From an uncultured virus (IMG/VR IMGVR_UViG_3300027374_000004) (Duplodnaviria > Heunggongvirae > Uroviricota > Caudoviricetes): a stretch of DNA of 64,000 bases. The notes beneath the pieces are model-generated. The model did not search any database. It had not been told where the DNA came from and was given only the letters and a program-made list of their open reading frames with translations. The translations under genes were made by a program, and so were the position numbers. Location of the stretch: the IMG/VR virus record IMGVR_UViG_3300027374_000004; one strand, 5' to 3'. Positions 8,793 to 15,583 of the stretch are shown piece by piece (position 1 is the first letter of the stretch; every line of letters begins with the position of its first letter).

Positions 8793-8817
8793 CTATCTGC
8801 TCCAGAGCTGTCCATGC

Positions 8818-8858
8818 AAAAAAAGCCCGCTGCAGAAGAAAAAACTGCGGCGGGCCCT
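8818..8858 (-). terminator. Rho-independent terminator insulating the cluster
   Basis: GCCCGCTGCAG..CTGCGGCGGGC stem followed by a U7 tract on the minus strand. Confidence 0.7.
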
Positions 8859-8989
8859 GCTAGATTTTAGATTCTAGATACTAGATACTAGACGGTGGCG
8901 GCGCAAATAACCGAGCGTTGCCCGGTTATCCGGCAGCAATAGAAAAAAAGGTAGAGCAATAAATTATAGTTTATCACACAGTTCCCAAC

Positions 8990-9105
8990 TGTCATTCTGA
9001 GGAACGAAGTGACGAAGAATCTCGTCCTTAATTCCGGAAAAAGGGCAAAGGGCAGATTCTTCACCGAGAAAGCAAGGTTTCCTTGCTTTTTGTTCAGTAA
9101 TGACA
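8990..9105. repeat. REP-like miniature palindromic element
   Basis: TGTCATTCTGA..GAAGAATCT / AGATTCTTC..TCAGTAATGACA nested inverted repeats. Confidence 0.7.
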
Positions 9106-9348
9106 AAAGGAAAGAAAGCGGCTTGCTGCTAAATTCCAGTTTACCGCTCTGGTAATGGTCGGGTCAGAAACCGGTTTCCCGTACTAAACAGCTTCACGGG
9201 TGCCCAAATTCCAATTAAACCAGCTTTGCCCTTGGCCCTTCATCGCTCTCATTCCAAACTGCTCATTTTCTATTGCCTTGGTTTCACACCGCGGCTGTAT
9301 TTTGCAGCAGCCCCAAACTATCCTCGTTCCATGGGGCTTGGCCGTTCC

Positions 9349-10104
9349 TCATACCCTTTTCCTGACCACCGGCACATACGCGTAACCGGTATCATGCAGG
9401 GAGGTGTCAAACACCTCCAGCTCCTGGGCCCCGTTTTCGGCCATTTCAAAGCCGTGGGCCGGCATAAAGTACTCTCTGAAATAGGCAAAAAGCTCCCAGG
9501 TTTCACAGCGCTCCTTGGAAAGCAGCTGCGCGGCGGGCCGATCCGTATAGGCTCTTAAAAACAGGGAAGCCGGCATTTGATAAACGTCCACTCCCCCCGG
9601 CTGCTGCACCGACGTGACCTCCCGCATGAACCCAAACCCGCGAGTTTTTTTCGCCAGCCAGAAATTGACGCTTAGCTGAATATCCCGCACCGGAAGCACA
9701 CTGCCCGCAAGCCGCCCGTATACGGCCTGCTTCTCTTCCTCCGAAAACGCCTCGATGGCGGAATCAAATTCCTGGATCGATCCAAAATCCTTTGCGTACA
9801 GCAGCTTCCCTGCTAAAATCGTCTCCGGCTTTTCCACCAGCTCAAAAACGGCCCCGCCTGCCTGAAAGGTTTCCAGCACCTTCTCCGGCTGCTCCCGCTC
9901 CACATCCAGCAGGCAGTCCACCGAAACCCCCAGAACCTTTCCCAGCAGCTTCAAATGGTACACGTCCGGCAGGCACGCCCCGCTTTCCCATTTGGAGATC
10001 GCCTGCTCCGAAACCCCCATCTGCAGCGCCGCCTCTCTTTGAGACAGCCCCTTTACCCGCCGAAGCTCCTTGATCCTTACCCCAAAATCAGCCTGACAAA
10101 ACAT
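9349..10104 (-). CDS. XRE-family HTH regulator with C-terminal effector-binding (GyrI-like) domain
   Basis: LSQREAALQMGVSEQAISKWESG..PD HTH; C-terminal domain ending in YVPV. Confidence 0.82.
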   Translation of the reverse strand: MFCQADFGVRIKELRRVKGLSQREAALQMGVSEQAISKWESGACLPDVYHLKLLGKVLGVSVDCLLDVEREQPEKVLETFQAGGAVFELVEKPETILAGKLLYAKDFGSIQEFDSAIEAFSEEEKQAVYGRLAGSVLPVRDIQLSVNFWLAKKTRGFGFMREVTSVQQPGGVDVYQMPASLFLRAYTDRPAAQLLSKERCETWELFAYFREYFMPAHGFEMAENGAQELEVFDTSLHDTGYAYVPVVRKRV

Positions 10105-10690
10105 TTTTTATTCCTCCGTTCCTGTTTTCCTGCATTGTAGCATACGAAATCTCCCCCTACAACGCTATCCTTTTCCGGGGAAAAATCAAAAATGCACAAC
10201 CACAGGTTGATAGGTAAAGCATTCCAAATGCAACTGTACGGCCAAAACAATAAAAAAAAACCAGCAGGGCGAATGCCTGTGGTTCCAATGTAGAATATGT
10301 ATTTTTATTGGGTTCTTCGCTATTCTCTATACTTTGTAATCCATACAATATGGTATTTTATGTCGTATGTGAAATGTGACGATTTTTGGTAATTTTCCAT
10401 CTTTTTCACCTCAAGTTTAGTATCTTCTTTTCCTCTACTAAACTTAAAGCTTCTTCGATTGACCTAAAGGGTTCGCCTTAAGGCGAGGGTTTTTACCCCA
10501 TGATACAGACAATAAGTACATATACATACTGTAAGTTCCCGCGGGATATTGGAAAATATTCCAGGAAAGGAAAGCAGGAAAAGGTGTGGGCGTATATCAG
10601 CGCTTTTCCGCCATCTACCGCGCAGAAGGGCGCGCTGCGCCTGAGTATGTATAAAGAAAGCTCTTTGAAAAAAGCACCGTGGCATTGATA

Positions 10691-10733
10691 GAAGAAACCG
10701 GGGAGAATTGATCTCCCCGGTTTCTTCATTTTT
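10691..10733. terminator. Terminator hairpin downstream of the tRNA 3' end
   Basis: GAAGAAACCGGGGAGA-ATTGA-TCTCCCCGGTTTCTTC. Confidence 0.8.
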
Positions 10734-10797
10734 TAATGACCATACCCAGCAATACTCGTCCCGGAATAACAAAGACAATGTTCGGATAGGTCTGATA

Positions 10798-10824
10798 TGG
10801 CTGGGCTGGCGGGATTCGAACCCA
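10798..10824 (-). other. Prophage att core: duplicated 3' end of tRNA-Gln
   Basis: Reverse complement GGGTTCGAATCCCGCCAGCCCAGCCA is a T-arm plus acceptor strand with G discriminator and CCA; no 5' half present. Confidence 0.85.
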
Positions 10825-10869
10825 CTTAAAAAATCTCAAATTTTGCTTGAAACCTGGATTTGTTTAATA

Positions 10870-10891
10870 TCGTGTTGCATTTCGTGTTGCA
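10870..10891. repeat. Putative integrase arm-type binding sites
   Basis: TCGTGTTGCA direct repeat at 10870 and 10882, just inside the att core. Confidence 0.65.
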
Positions 10892-10997
10892 CTTTGCAGA
10901 ACAATCAAATTTTGATAATACATAACAAGAATCGTTATTATTTCACAAATCAAAGTAAAACGTTAAAATATAAAGTAAAATCTACCATAAAGGAGAT

Positions 10998-11264
10998 ATG
11001 GCTATGATTAGGATTTTACTTTCCACCAGACTTGGCGAGCGAAGGTGGACACAGGCGGATTTGGCACGTAAAACTGGTATTCGCCCCAGCACAATCAATG
11101 ACTGGTATAATGAGATGACAGATCGGATCAACCTTGAACACTTACATAAAATTTGTAAGGCGCTGGATTGCGAGATCTCGGATATACTGGTCATAGACGA
11201 TGCAGGGCGAGAAGCTGATTGCTCGAAGCATAAGCCCTTACCGGTATGTGTTCGATCCAAATAA
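10998..11264 (+). CDS. Cro/CI-type HTH regulator
   Basis: TQADLARKTGIRPSTINDWY..L..ICKALDC..DIL. Confidence 0.88.
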   Translation: MAMIRILLSTRLGERRWTQADLARKTGIRPSTINDWYNEMTDRINLEHLHKICKALDCEISDILVIDDAGREADCSKHKPLPVCVRSK

Positions 11265-11289
11265 GCTATACTCCAACCAGCTCAGGCAC

Positions 11290-11535
11290 TTATTTGTCTG
11301 GGCTGGTTTCTTTTTGCTCCGTGTCAATAATAATCTCCTGCCCGTTTGGAAGGATGAAAGCCAATTTGCAACCGCAGAATCTTGCTACTTCCACCAAATC
11401 ACTTGCAGACCACCTATCATGGGAAAATTTGTTGCTCAAACTCTGCTTGCTTCCCATATCAAGGATTGGAGCAAGGTCAGACTGCTTTTTTCCAGCCAGA
11501 GATAAAAGCGCTTTTACAGTCGCCGATATCTTCAT
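11290..11535 (-). CDS. HTH transcriptional regulator
   Basis: KQSDLA..L...SKQSLSNK......DL.E.A...GC pattern. Confidence 0.8.
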   Translation of the reverse strand: MKISATVKALLSLAGKKQSDLAPILDMGSKQSLSNKFSHDRWSASDLVEVARFCGCKLAFILPNGQEIIIDTEQKETSPDK

Positions 11536-11552
11536 AATATCACCTCTAATAC

Positions 11553-11653
11553 ATAATAAACGATTTCAGTTTACATGTCAAGGAAAAAAATTTGAAAAAA
11601 CATAAAAAATATTTACTTTTCCTATTGACAAGTAAACAAAAAAGGTGTATTAT
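11553..11653. promoter_or_regulatory. Pair of divergent sigma70 promoters
   Basis: Minus TTGACA-17-TATTAT (11581-11553) and plus TTGACA-17-TATTAT (11625-11653); both begin TTGACAWGTAAAC. Confidence 0.85.
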
Positions 11654-11679
11654 ATAGACATAGAAAGGAGGAAAGAGCG

Positions 11680-11841
11680 GTGAAGAAAAGCAAAGGAGAA
11701 ATGCCAATGACCAACGAACAGTTCAGAATGTGGATTGAAACGATCAAACTTCTGAACATGAAATCCAAAAGTAAAGAAGAACTGAACGAAATGCTCGACC
11801 AGATCAAAGAAGCTGGGAACATAAAAAAAGAAGCCCAGTAA
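11680..11841 (+). CDS. Small hypothetical protein (53 aa)
   Basis: Manual: GTG start after AGAAAGGAGG; MKKSKGEMPMTNEQFRMWIETIKLL...KKEAQ. Confidence 0.75.
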   Translation: MKKSKGEMPMTNEQFRMWIETIKLLNMKSKSKEELNEMLDQIKEAGNIKKEAQ

Positions 11842-11944
11842 ACCTCTCACAGTAAACTGGGGTCCGAGGGGAAATCACCGCCGCCCCTCGGGACACCCCC
11901 ATTATAAACGGCGGATCAAAAAAAGTCAAGAAGGAGAAAACATC

Positions 11945-12106
11945 ATGAGAAGAAGAAAAAGAACAACCATATGGGCCTACCTCGATGGGAAAAAGCTGGT
12001 GGATGTTGTAAAAGCAGCGCTCGACAATAATATGATGGTGGACGATATGAAAGCCCTACTTATCCGGAAAAACCCCGGCCACGAGGTTACTTTCAAAGTT
12101 CAGTAA
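11945..12106 (+). CDS. Small hypothetical protein (53 aa)
   Basis: Manual: AAGGAG SD; MRRRKRTTIWAYLDGKKLVDVV...NPGHEVTFKVQ. Confidence 0.78.
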   Translation: MRRRKRTTIWAYLDGKKLVDVVKAALDNNMMVDDMKALLIRKNPGHEVTFKVQ

Positions 12107-12147
12107 GCCGCCGAAACGCCCTGAAGTGGCAGAAAGGAATATCATCA

Positions 12148-12326
12148 TGGAGTTATATAGAGATTTTTACGGCTGCGTTGCCTGTGTCAGACGATATAAC
12201 AATGGTTCTGCAAGATTGACCGTTCGCTCTGCTACTGGTAATCTGATCCACGCTAAAGACTATGCCTCCTATAGGGGCGCTAAAATAGCTATGGGTCACC
12301 TTTCGGACGGGTGGGTCAGAAAATGA
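12148..12326 (+). CDS. Small hypothetical protein (approximate start)
   Basis: MELYRDFYGCVA...; AGAAAGGA SD. Confidence 0.7.
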
Positions 12327-12381
12327 GTCGAAACGCCCTGCGGGGCGTCCGCCGGAGATCGCCTCCCAGCGCTGAAAGAAC
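12327..12381 (+). ncRNA. Degenerate type II hammerhead ribozyme-like element
   Basis: GAAA, stem III ACGCCC-TGCG-GGGCGT, cleavage triplet GTC, imperfect stem I, then CTGAAAG instead of CTGANGA. Confidence 0.5.
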
Positions 12382-12424
12382 AAAAAACCAACCTGACAAT
12401 CACAGTGCGGCAGGTTGGTTTTTT
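12382..12424. terminator. Bidirectional terminator
   Basis: AAAAAACCAACCTG..CAGGTTGGTTTTTT between convergent genes. Confidence 0.85.
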
Positions 12425-12447
12425 TAGATTTTTTGAGAGCAAAGGTT

Positions 12448-13125
12448 TCATTTCCCATGACACAGGCTGAATATTGCTAAAAGGATGGAAATTGCCCAGC
12501 CCATAACACTTAAAAATTTCCCTAAAATGTGTTTATGCACTACACGCAAAATCCCATCATAATGATCTTCTATGTACGTTACTGTTTCTGCATAACAGTT
12601 ATATGCCATACTGTATTCTTCATAAACTTTCCCTAATTTCTCTTCATTCAAATCATCTCGATTTTTCCCAGTGCCTTCATTTCTTTTTGCGTTTTGAAAC
12701 GCACTCTCGGCTTTCTTTTTATAGTTGCGCAAATTGACTAAAAAATTCCCATCATCAACCTCCGAGAGGTCGTAAAACCGAAATTTCTTGTAAAAACCCT
12801 TTATAACATCCTGGTTATAAATACACATTAATTTGTAGCAATCCAGTAAGATTCTTCTAAGATGTTTGTGCGCATCTGCAACATTTGCAACTCTTAGTGG
12901 AAAAGAAATCTTAGTATTAATTGCCGCCTCAGAAATATGTCCCATGAAATTTCTAATTTCGTTTAACAGACCATCTGGCGTCGCACCAAAGCTAATTTCT
13001 ACTCCGTCTACCCACGGCTTGACTTCTTCACTGTAAAAAATATATTCTTTTTGAATAAGCTCGTGAATTTCTTTCTCACTAGAAACTCCATTTATCTGAT
13101 TAGTTCCTACTTGTTCTTCCATCAC
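12448..13125 (-). CDS. Hypothetical protein with HEPN-like Rx4H motif and C-terminal TM helix
   Basis: NEIRNFMGH and AHKHLRRILLDCYK; hydrophobic C-terminus; AT-rich. Confidence 0.7.
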   Translation of the reverse strand: MMEEQVGTNQINGVSSEKEIHELIQKEYIFYSEEVKPWVDGVEISFGATPDGLLNEIRNFMGHISEAAINTKISFPLRVANVADAHKHLRRILLDCYKLMCIYNQDVIKGFYKKFRFYDLSEVDDGNFLVNLRNYKKKAESAFQNAKRNEGTGKNRDDLNEEKLGKVYEEYSMAYNCYAETVTYIEDHYDGILRVVHKHILGKFLSVMGWAISILLAIFSLCHGK

Positions 13126-13349
13126 TTCACACGCTTTCCTTTAATGTTAATCTTACGAGAAAGCATGAGATATGGACTCCCTGCTGTATACACTTTTACA
13201 CTGGGCTTTGGATGCAATTTTTTTCTCTGATAAAATCGAATCCGTAAAGATCTTCTCCCTTGTTCATTGATTTGAACAAGCTCATTATAAGAAGCACCTA
13301 TAGCTTTTGCAAGATGCTCCTTGGCAGTATCTATACTCATTTTTTCCAT
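13122..13349 (-). CDS. Small basic hypothetical protein (moron partner)
   Basis: 75 aa, overlaps the next gene by 4 nt; AT-rich. Confidence 0.65.
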   Translation of the reverse strand: MEKMSIDTAKEHLAKAIGASYNELVQINEQGRRSLRIRFYQRKKLHPKPSVKVYTAGSPYLMLSRKINIKGKRVK

Positions 13350-13390
13350 AACAAACCATCGTCTTTCAATTTTTTCGAGTCAGCTTTTAT

Positions 13391-13420
13391 AGTATATTAC
13401 AAATGGCAAGAGTTTGTCAA
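13391..13420 (-). promoter_or_regulatory. Moron promoter
   Basis: TTGACA-18-TATACT. Confidence 0.65.
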
Positions 13421-13438
13421 CAAATATCTTCCCCAAGA

Positions 13439-13483
13439 CAAAAGCCCCCAGCCTACCAATAACTGGTAAGTTGGGGGCCTTTT
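13439..13483 (-). terminator. Terminator after endolysin
   Basis: GCCCCCAGC..GTTGGGGGC stem with flanking A/T tracts. Confidence 0.7.
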
Positions 13484-13512
13484 AACGTGCATATTTTCTA
13501 AAAAGGTGCTGG

Positions 13513-14220
13513 TTACTCCTTTTTCAGCTCGTTATGCAGGTTCATGGCAACCTGGGCCACTTCCTGCCGGGTAACGGTGTCCTGGGGACGGAACTTGCCA
13601 TCTTTATCCCCGCTCATCAGGCTGTTTGCCTTGCAATATTCCACCGCAGGCTCTGCCCACTTGCTGGCTGCCTTTGCCGCCTGCTCCTTTTCATACCTCT
13701 GCTGAAACTCTTTCCACTGCTCGTAGGTCACTGCTTCGTCCTCCTCCATTTCCTTTTTTACCATGTTCAAAAAACGCTGCCAGCCAAGGTCAAGGGTCCT
13801 GTGGGGACAGTATTTCCTGTCATAGTCCTGATGCTTCGTCACCTTCTCAATTCCCCAACCGTACTGCTTTAAGAGGCTGGCGATCAGCTCCGCGGTGTTC
13901 TGCTCCGCTTTTGTGAACCGTTCCCCGCCGGACTTCGACCAGCAGATTTCAATATGGATGCCCTCCATGTTGCCCTTACCGTGTCCGTCTCCGCTGGCCC
14001 AAGCATTTCTGTCCAGCGGCAGACCCTGCACCGCTTCCTTTTCATCTACGGCATAGTGATAACTTACCTCGTTGTCATTGTTCACCATGTAGGTGACCTC
14101 ATTGACCGCCGGGGCATCATTGGCTGTGTTATGTACCACGATCCGGCTGGGGGTCCGGGTGTATGGACACTTTAGATAATATTTGCTCTCCGGGCAGAGC
14201 TGCTTTCTGATTTTTACCAT
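13513..14220 (-). CDS. Endolysin: Amidase_2 plus SLH domain
   Basis: IVVHNTAND, HYAVD, IHIEIC and CPH motifs; W..PAV......LM.GD..G.FRP...VTRQE SLH motif. Confidence 0.95.
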   Translation of the reverse strand: MVKIRKQLCPESKYYLKCPYTRTPSRIVVHNTANDAPAVNEVTYMVNNDNEVSYHYAVDEKEAVQGLPLDRNAWASGDGHGKGNMEGIHIEICWSKSGGERFTKAEQNTAELIASLLKQYGWGIEKVTKHQDYDRKYCPHRTLDLGWQRFLNMVKKEMEEDEAVTYEQWKEFQQRYEKEQAAKAASKWAEPAVEYCKANSLMSGDKDGKFRPQDTVTRQEVAQVAMNLHNELKKE

Positions 14221-14223
14221 GCG

Positions 14224-14415
14224 CTATCCCTCCACTTCCGGCAATCCTGCCACGCTGGTAAGCAGGGAGAGGATCCCCGCCAGTACAGCCGCACTTGCCA
14301 CAGCCAGCCAGTTCACATCTCCCAGCGCCACAGACGTGCCGATGGTTGCCACCGCCGTCTGTGCCACGGTCTTGATTGCTCTGATTCCTGCCGCCTTCCA
14401 CCATTTCTTGCTCAT
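14224..14415 (-). CDS. Holin (r1t type)
   Basis: [17 protein letters not shown]...[12 protein letters not shown]. Confidence 0.92.
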   Translation of the reverse strand: MSKKWWKAAGIRAIKTVAQTAVATIGTSVALGDVNWLAVASAAVLAGILSLLTSVAGLPEVEG

Positions 14416-14428
14416 GCGTATTTCCTCC

Positions 14429-14740
14429 TTACAGTCCTATTTGCTTTGCGACAAAGCCCAGGATAACGCCGATCACTGCTGTGATCACATACCCCACAAC
14501 CTTGCGCCATTTCTCGCCGTCCCGGTTTTCCAGTGTTTCCAGGCGCTTTCCCTGCTGCTTCTGCTCATTGCACATGATTTCGATACTCTGTGCGAGCTTG
14601 CTCACAGACAGGGTCAGGTTTCCTATCTGTTTTGTGTTCTCTTCCAAGAGCTCAATCCGCTTGTCCTGCCGCTTGTGTGCGTCCTCCATGCGGCGGCGAA
14701 ACTCATCGTGTTCGGCTTTTGTAAGCACACCAGTTTCCAT
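14429..14740 (-). CDS. XhlA-like lysis-region membrane protein
   Basis: Coiled coil plus a single C-terminal TM helix; upstream of holin. Confidence 0.7.
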   Translation of the reverse strand: METGVLTKAEHDEFRRRMEDAHKRQDKRIELLEENTKQIGNLTLSVSKLAQSIEIMCNEQKQQGKRLETLENRDGEKWRKVVGYVITAVIGVILGFVAKQIGL

Positions 14741-14758
14741 TTTGCACCTCCAACTTTT

Positions 14759-14884
14759 TTATTCTGCCAGCTCTCCGCAGTCCAGAGAGATCAGGATATC
14801 CTTAACCTCAGCCTGAAGCTTTGCGGGCACCTGTGCAAAGGTCTTTTTGCCCTTAACGATCAGCGTTGCATATACCACTGCCAT
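14759..14884 (-). CDS. CD1375-like small phage protein
   Basis: MAVVYATLIVKGKKTFAQVP. Confidence 0.8.
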   Translation of the reverse strand: MAVVYATLIVKGKKTFAQVPAKLQAEVKDILISLDCGELAE

Positions 14885-14933
14885 TTCTGCCACCTCCCTT
14901 TTCAGTAAAATTTGCAAAAGAAAGAGCCGCAGG

Positions 14934-15059
14934 CTATTCACTGCCTACCGCTCCGGCTCTTTCAAGTTCTGCCTGCACCGCTTCCCGGAGGGAAACTGGT
15001 ACTTCGTCCAGTGTTTTCTTTCCCTTGCGGATCAGCTCCGCGTACACTCTGGCAATCAT
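14934..15059 (-). CDS. CD1375-like small phage protein
   Basis: MIARVYAELIRKGKKTLDEVP. Confidence 0.8.
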   Translation of the reverse strand: MIARVYAELIRKGKKTLDEVPVSLREAVQAELERAGAVGSE

Positions 15060-15160
15060 ATTTGATTCCTCCTTTTCTTGACGGAATGTTTTGCGGTTTT
15101 GCTCCGCAAAATCCCGGTTTTTCAAACCGGGAAGCAAAACTTCCGGAAGGCTGAAAAATT

Positions 15161-15574
15161 CTATTTTTCAGCCTTTTCCATTGTCTCGTACATATCGCAG
15201 AGAGCCATTTGCAGATCCGTAACCTGGCTTTCCAGGCCTGCAATAGTTTCCTCCGCTGTTGGCTTGTTTTTCTCCGCTTCATAAGCAGCCTGTCCAGCCT
15301 CATACAGCTTTACCGCCTCCGCATATGTATCAGGCACATCCGCCACCTCAATGCCGTCCAGCCACTCATAGTCTGCGCTGTCAAGCTCCGTGACCACACT
15401 GCCCTCATGATTCGCCGCAACCGCTTCCGCCTGCTCCTGGGTGTTGCAGCACTCAGCCCTGAGCTCCTCCACAGGCCCGCCGTGGTCATCTGGCCACGGC
15501 CTGGTTTCAGTGTACTCCACCTTGTACCTGTGGATCTGTATCATTCTTCCGTACAGGGTAAATGGATAGTACAT
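15161..15574 (-). CDS. Hypothetical tail-associated protein
   Basis: Paralog of 1390..1800. Confidence 0.75.
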   Translation of the reverse strand: MYYPFTLYGRMIQIHRYKVEYTETRPWPDDHGGPVEELRAECCNTQEQAEAVAANHEGSVVTELDSADYEWLDGIEVADVPDTYAEAVKLYEAGQAAYEAEKNKPTAEETIAGLESQVTDLQMALCDMYETMEKAEK

Positions 15575-15583
15575 AATAACCTC

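Larger units (their letters stand above)
1..8800 (-). mobile_element. Phage-derived head/packaging/lysis cluster lacking portal, replication and integrase genes (candidate GTA-like or defective element); continues off the left edge
   Basis: Co-oriented terS-terL-scaffold-decoration-capsid-spike-holin-amidase ORFs, all apparently intact; lies outside the tRNA att site at 10798. Confidence 0.8.

Noticed and set aside
8861..8893. Short CTAGATW tandem 7-mer as a functional site
   Set aside because: About four degenerate copies next to a terminator; no further support
10798..10830. Functional tRNA gene
   Set aside because: Only the T-arm and 3' acceptor strand are present; treated as an att site
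10464..11007. ORFs 10464..10778, 10493..10729, 10500..10688 and 10708..11007
   Set aside because: No SD or motifs; they cross a terminator or the att site
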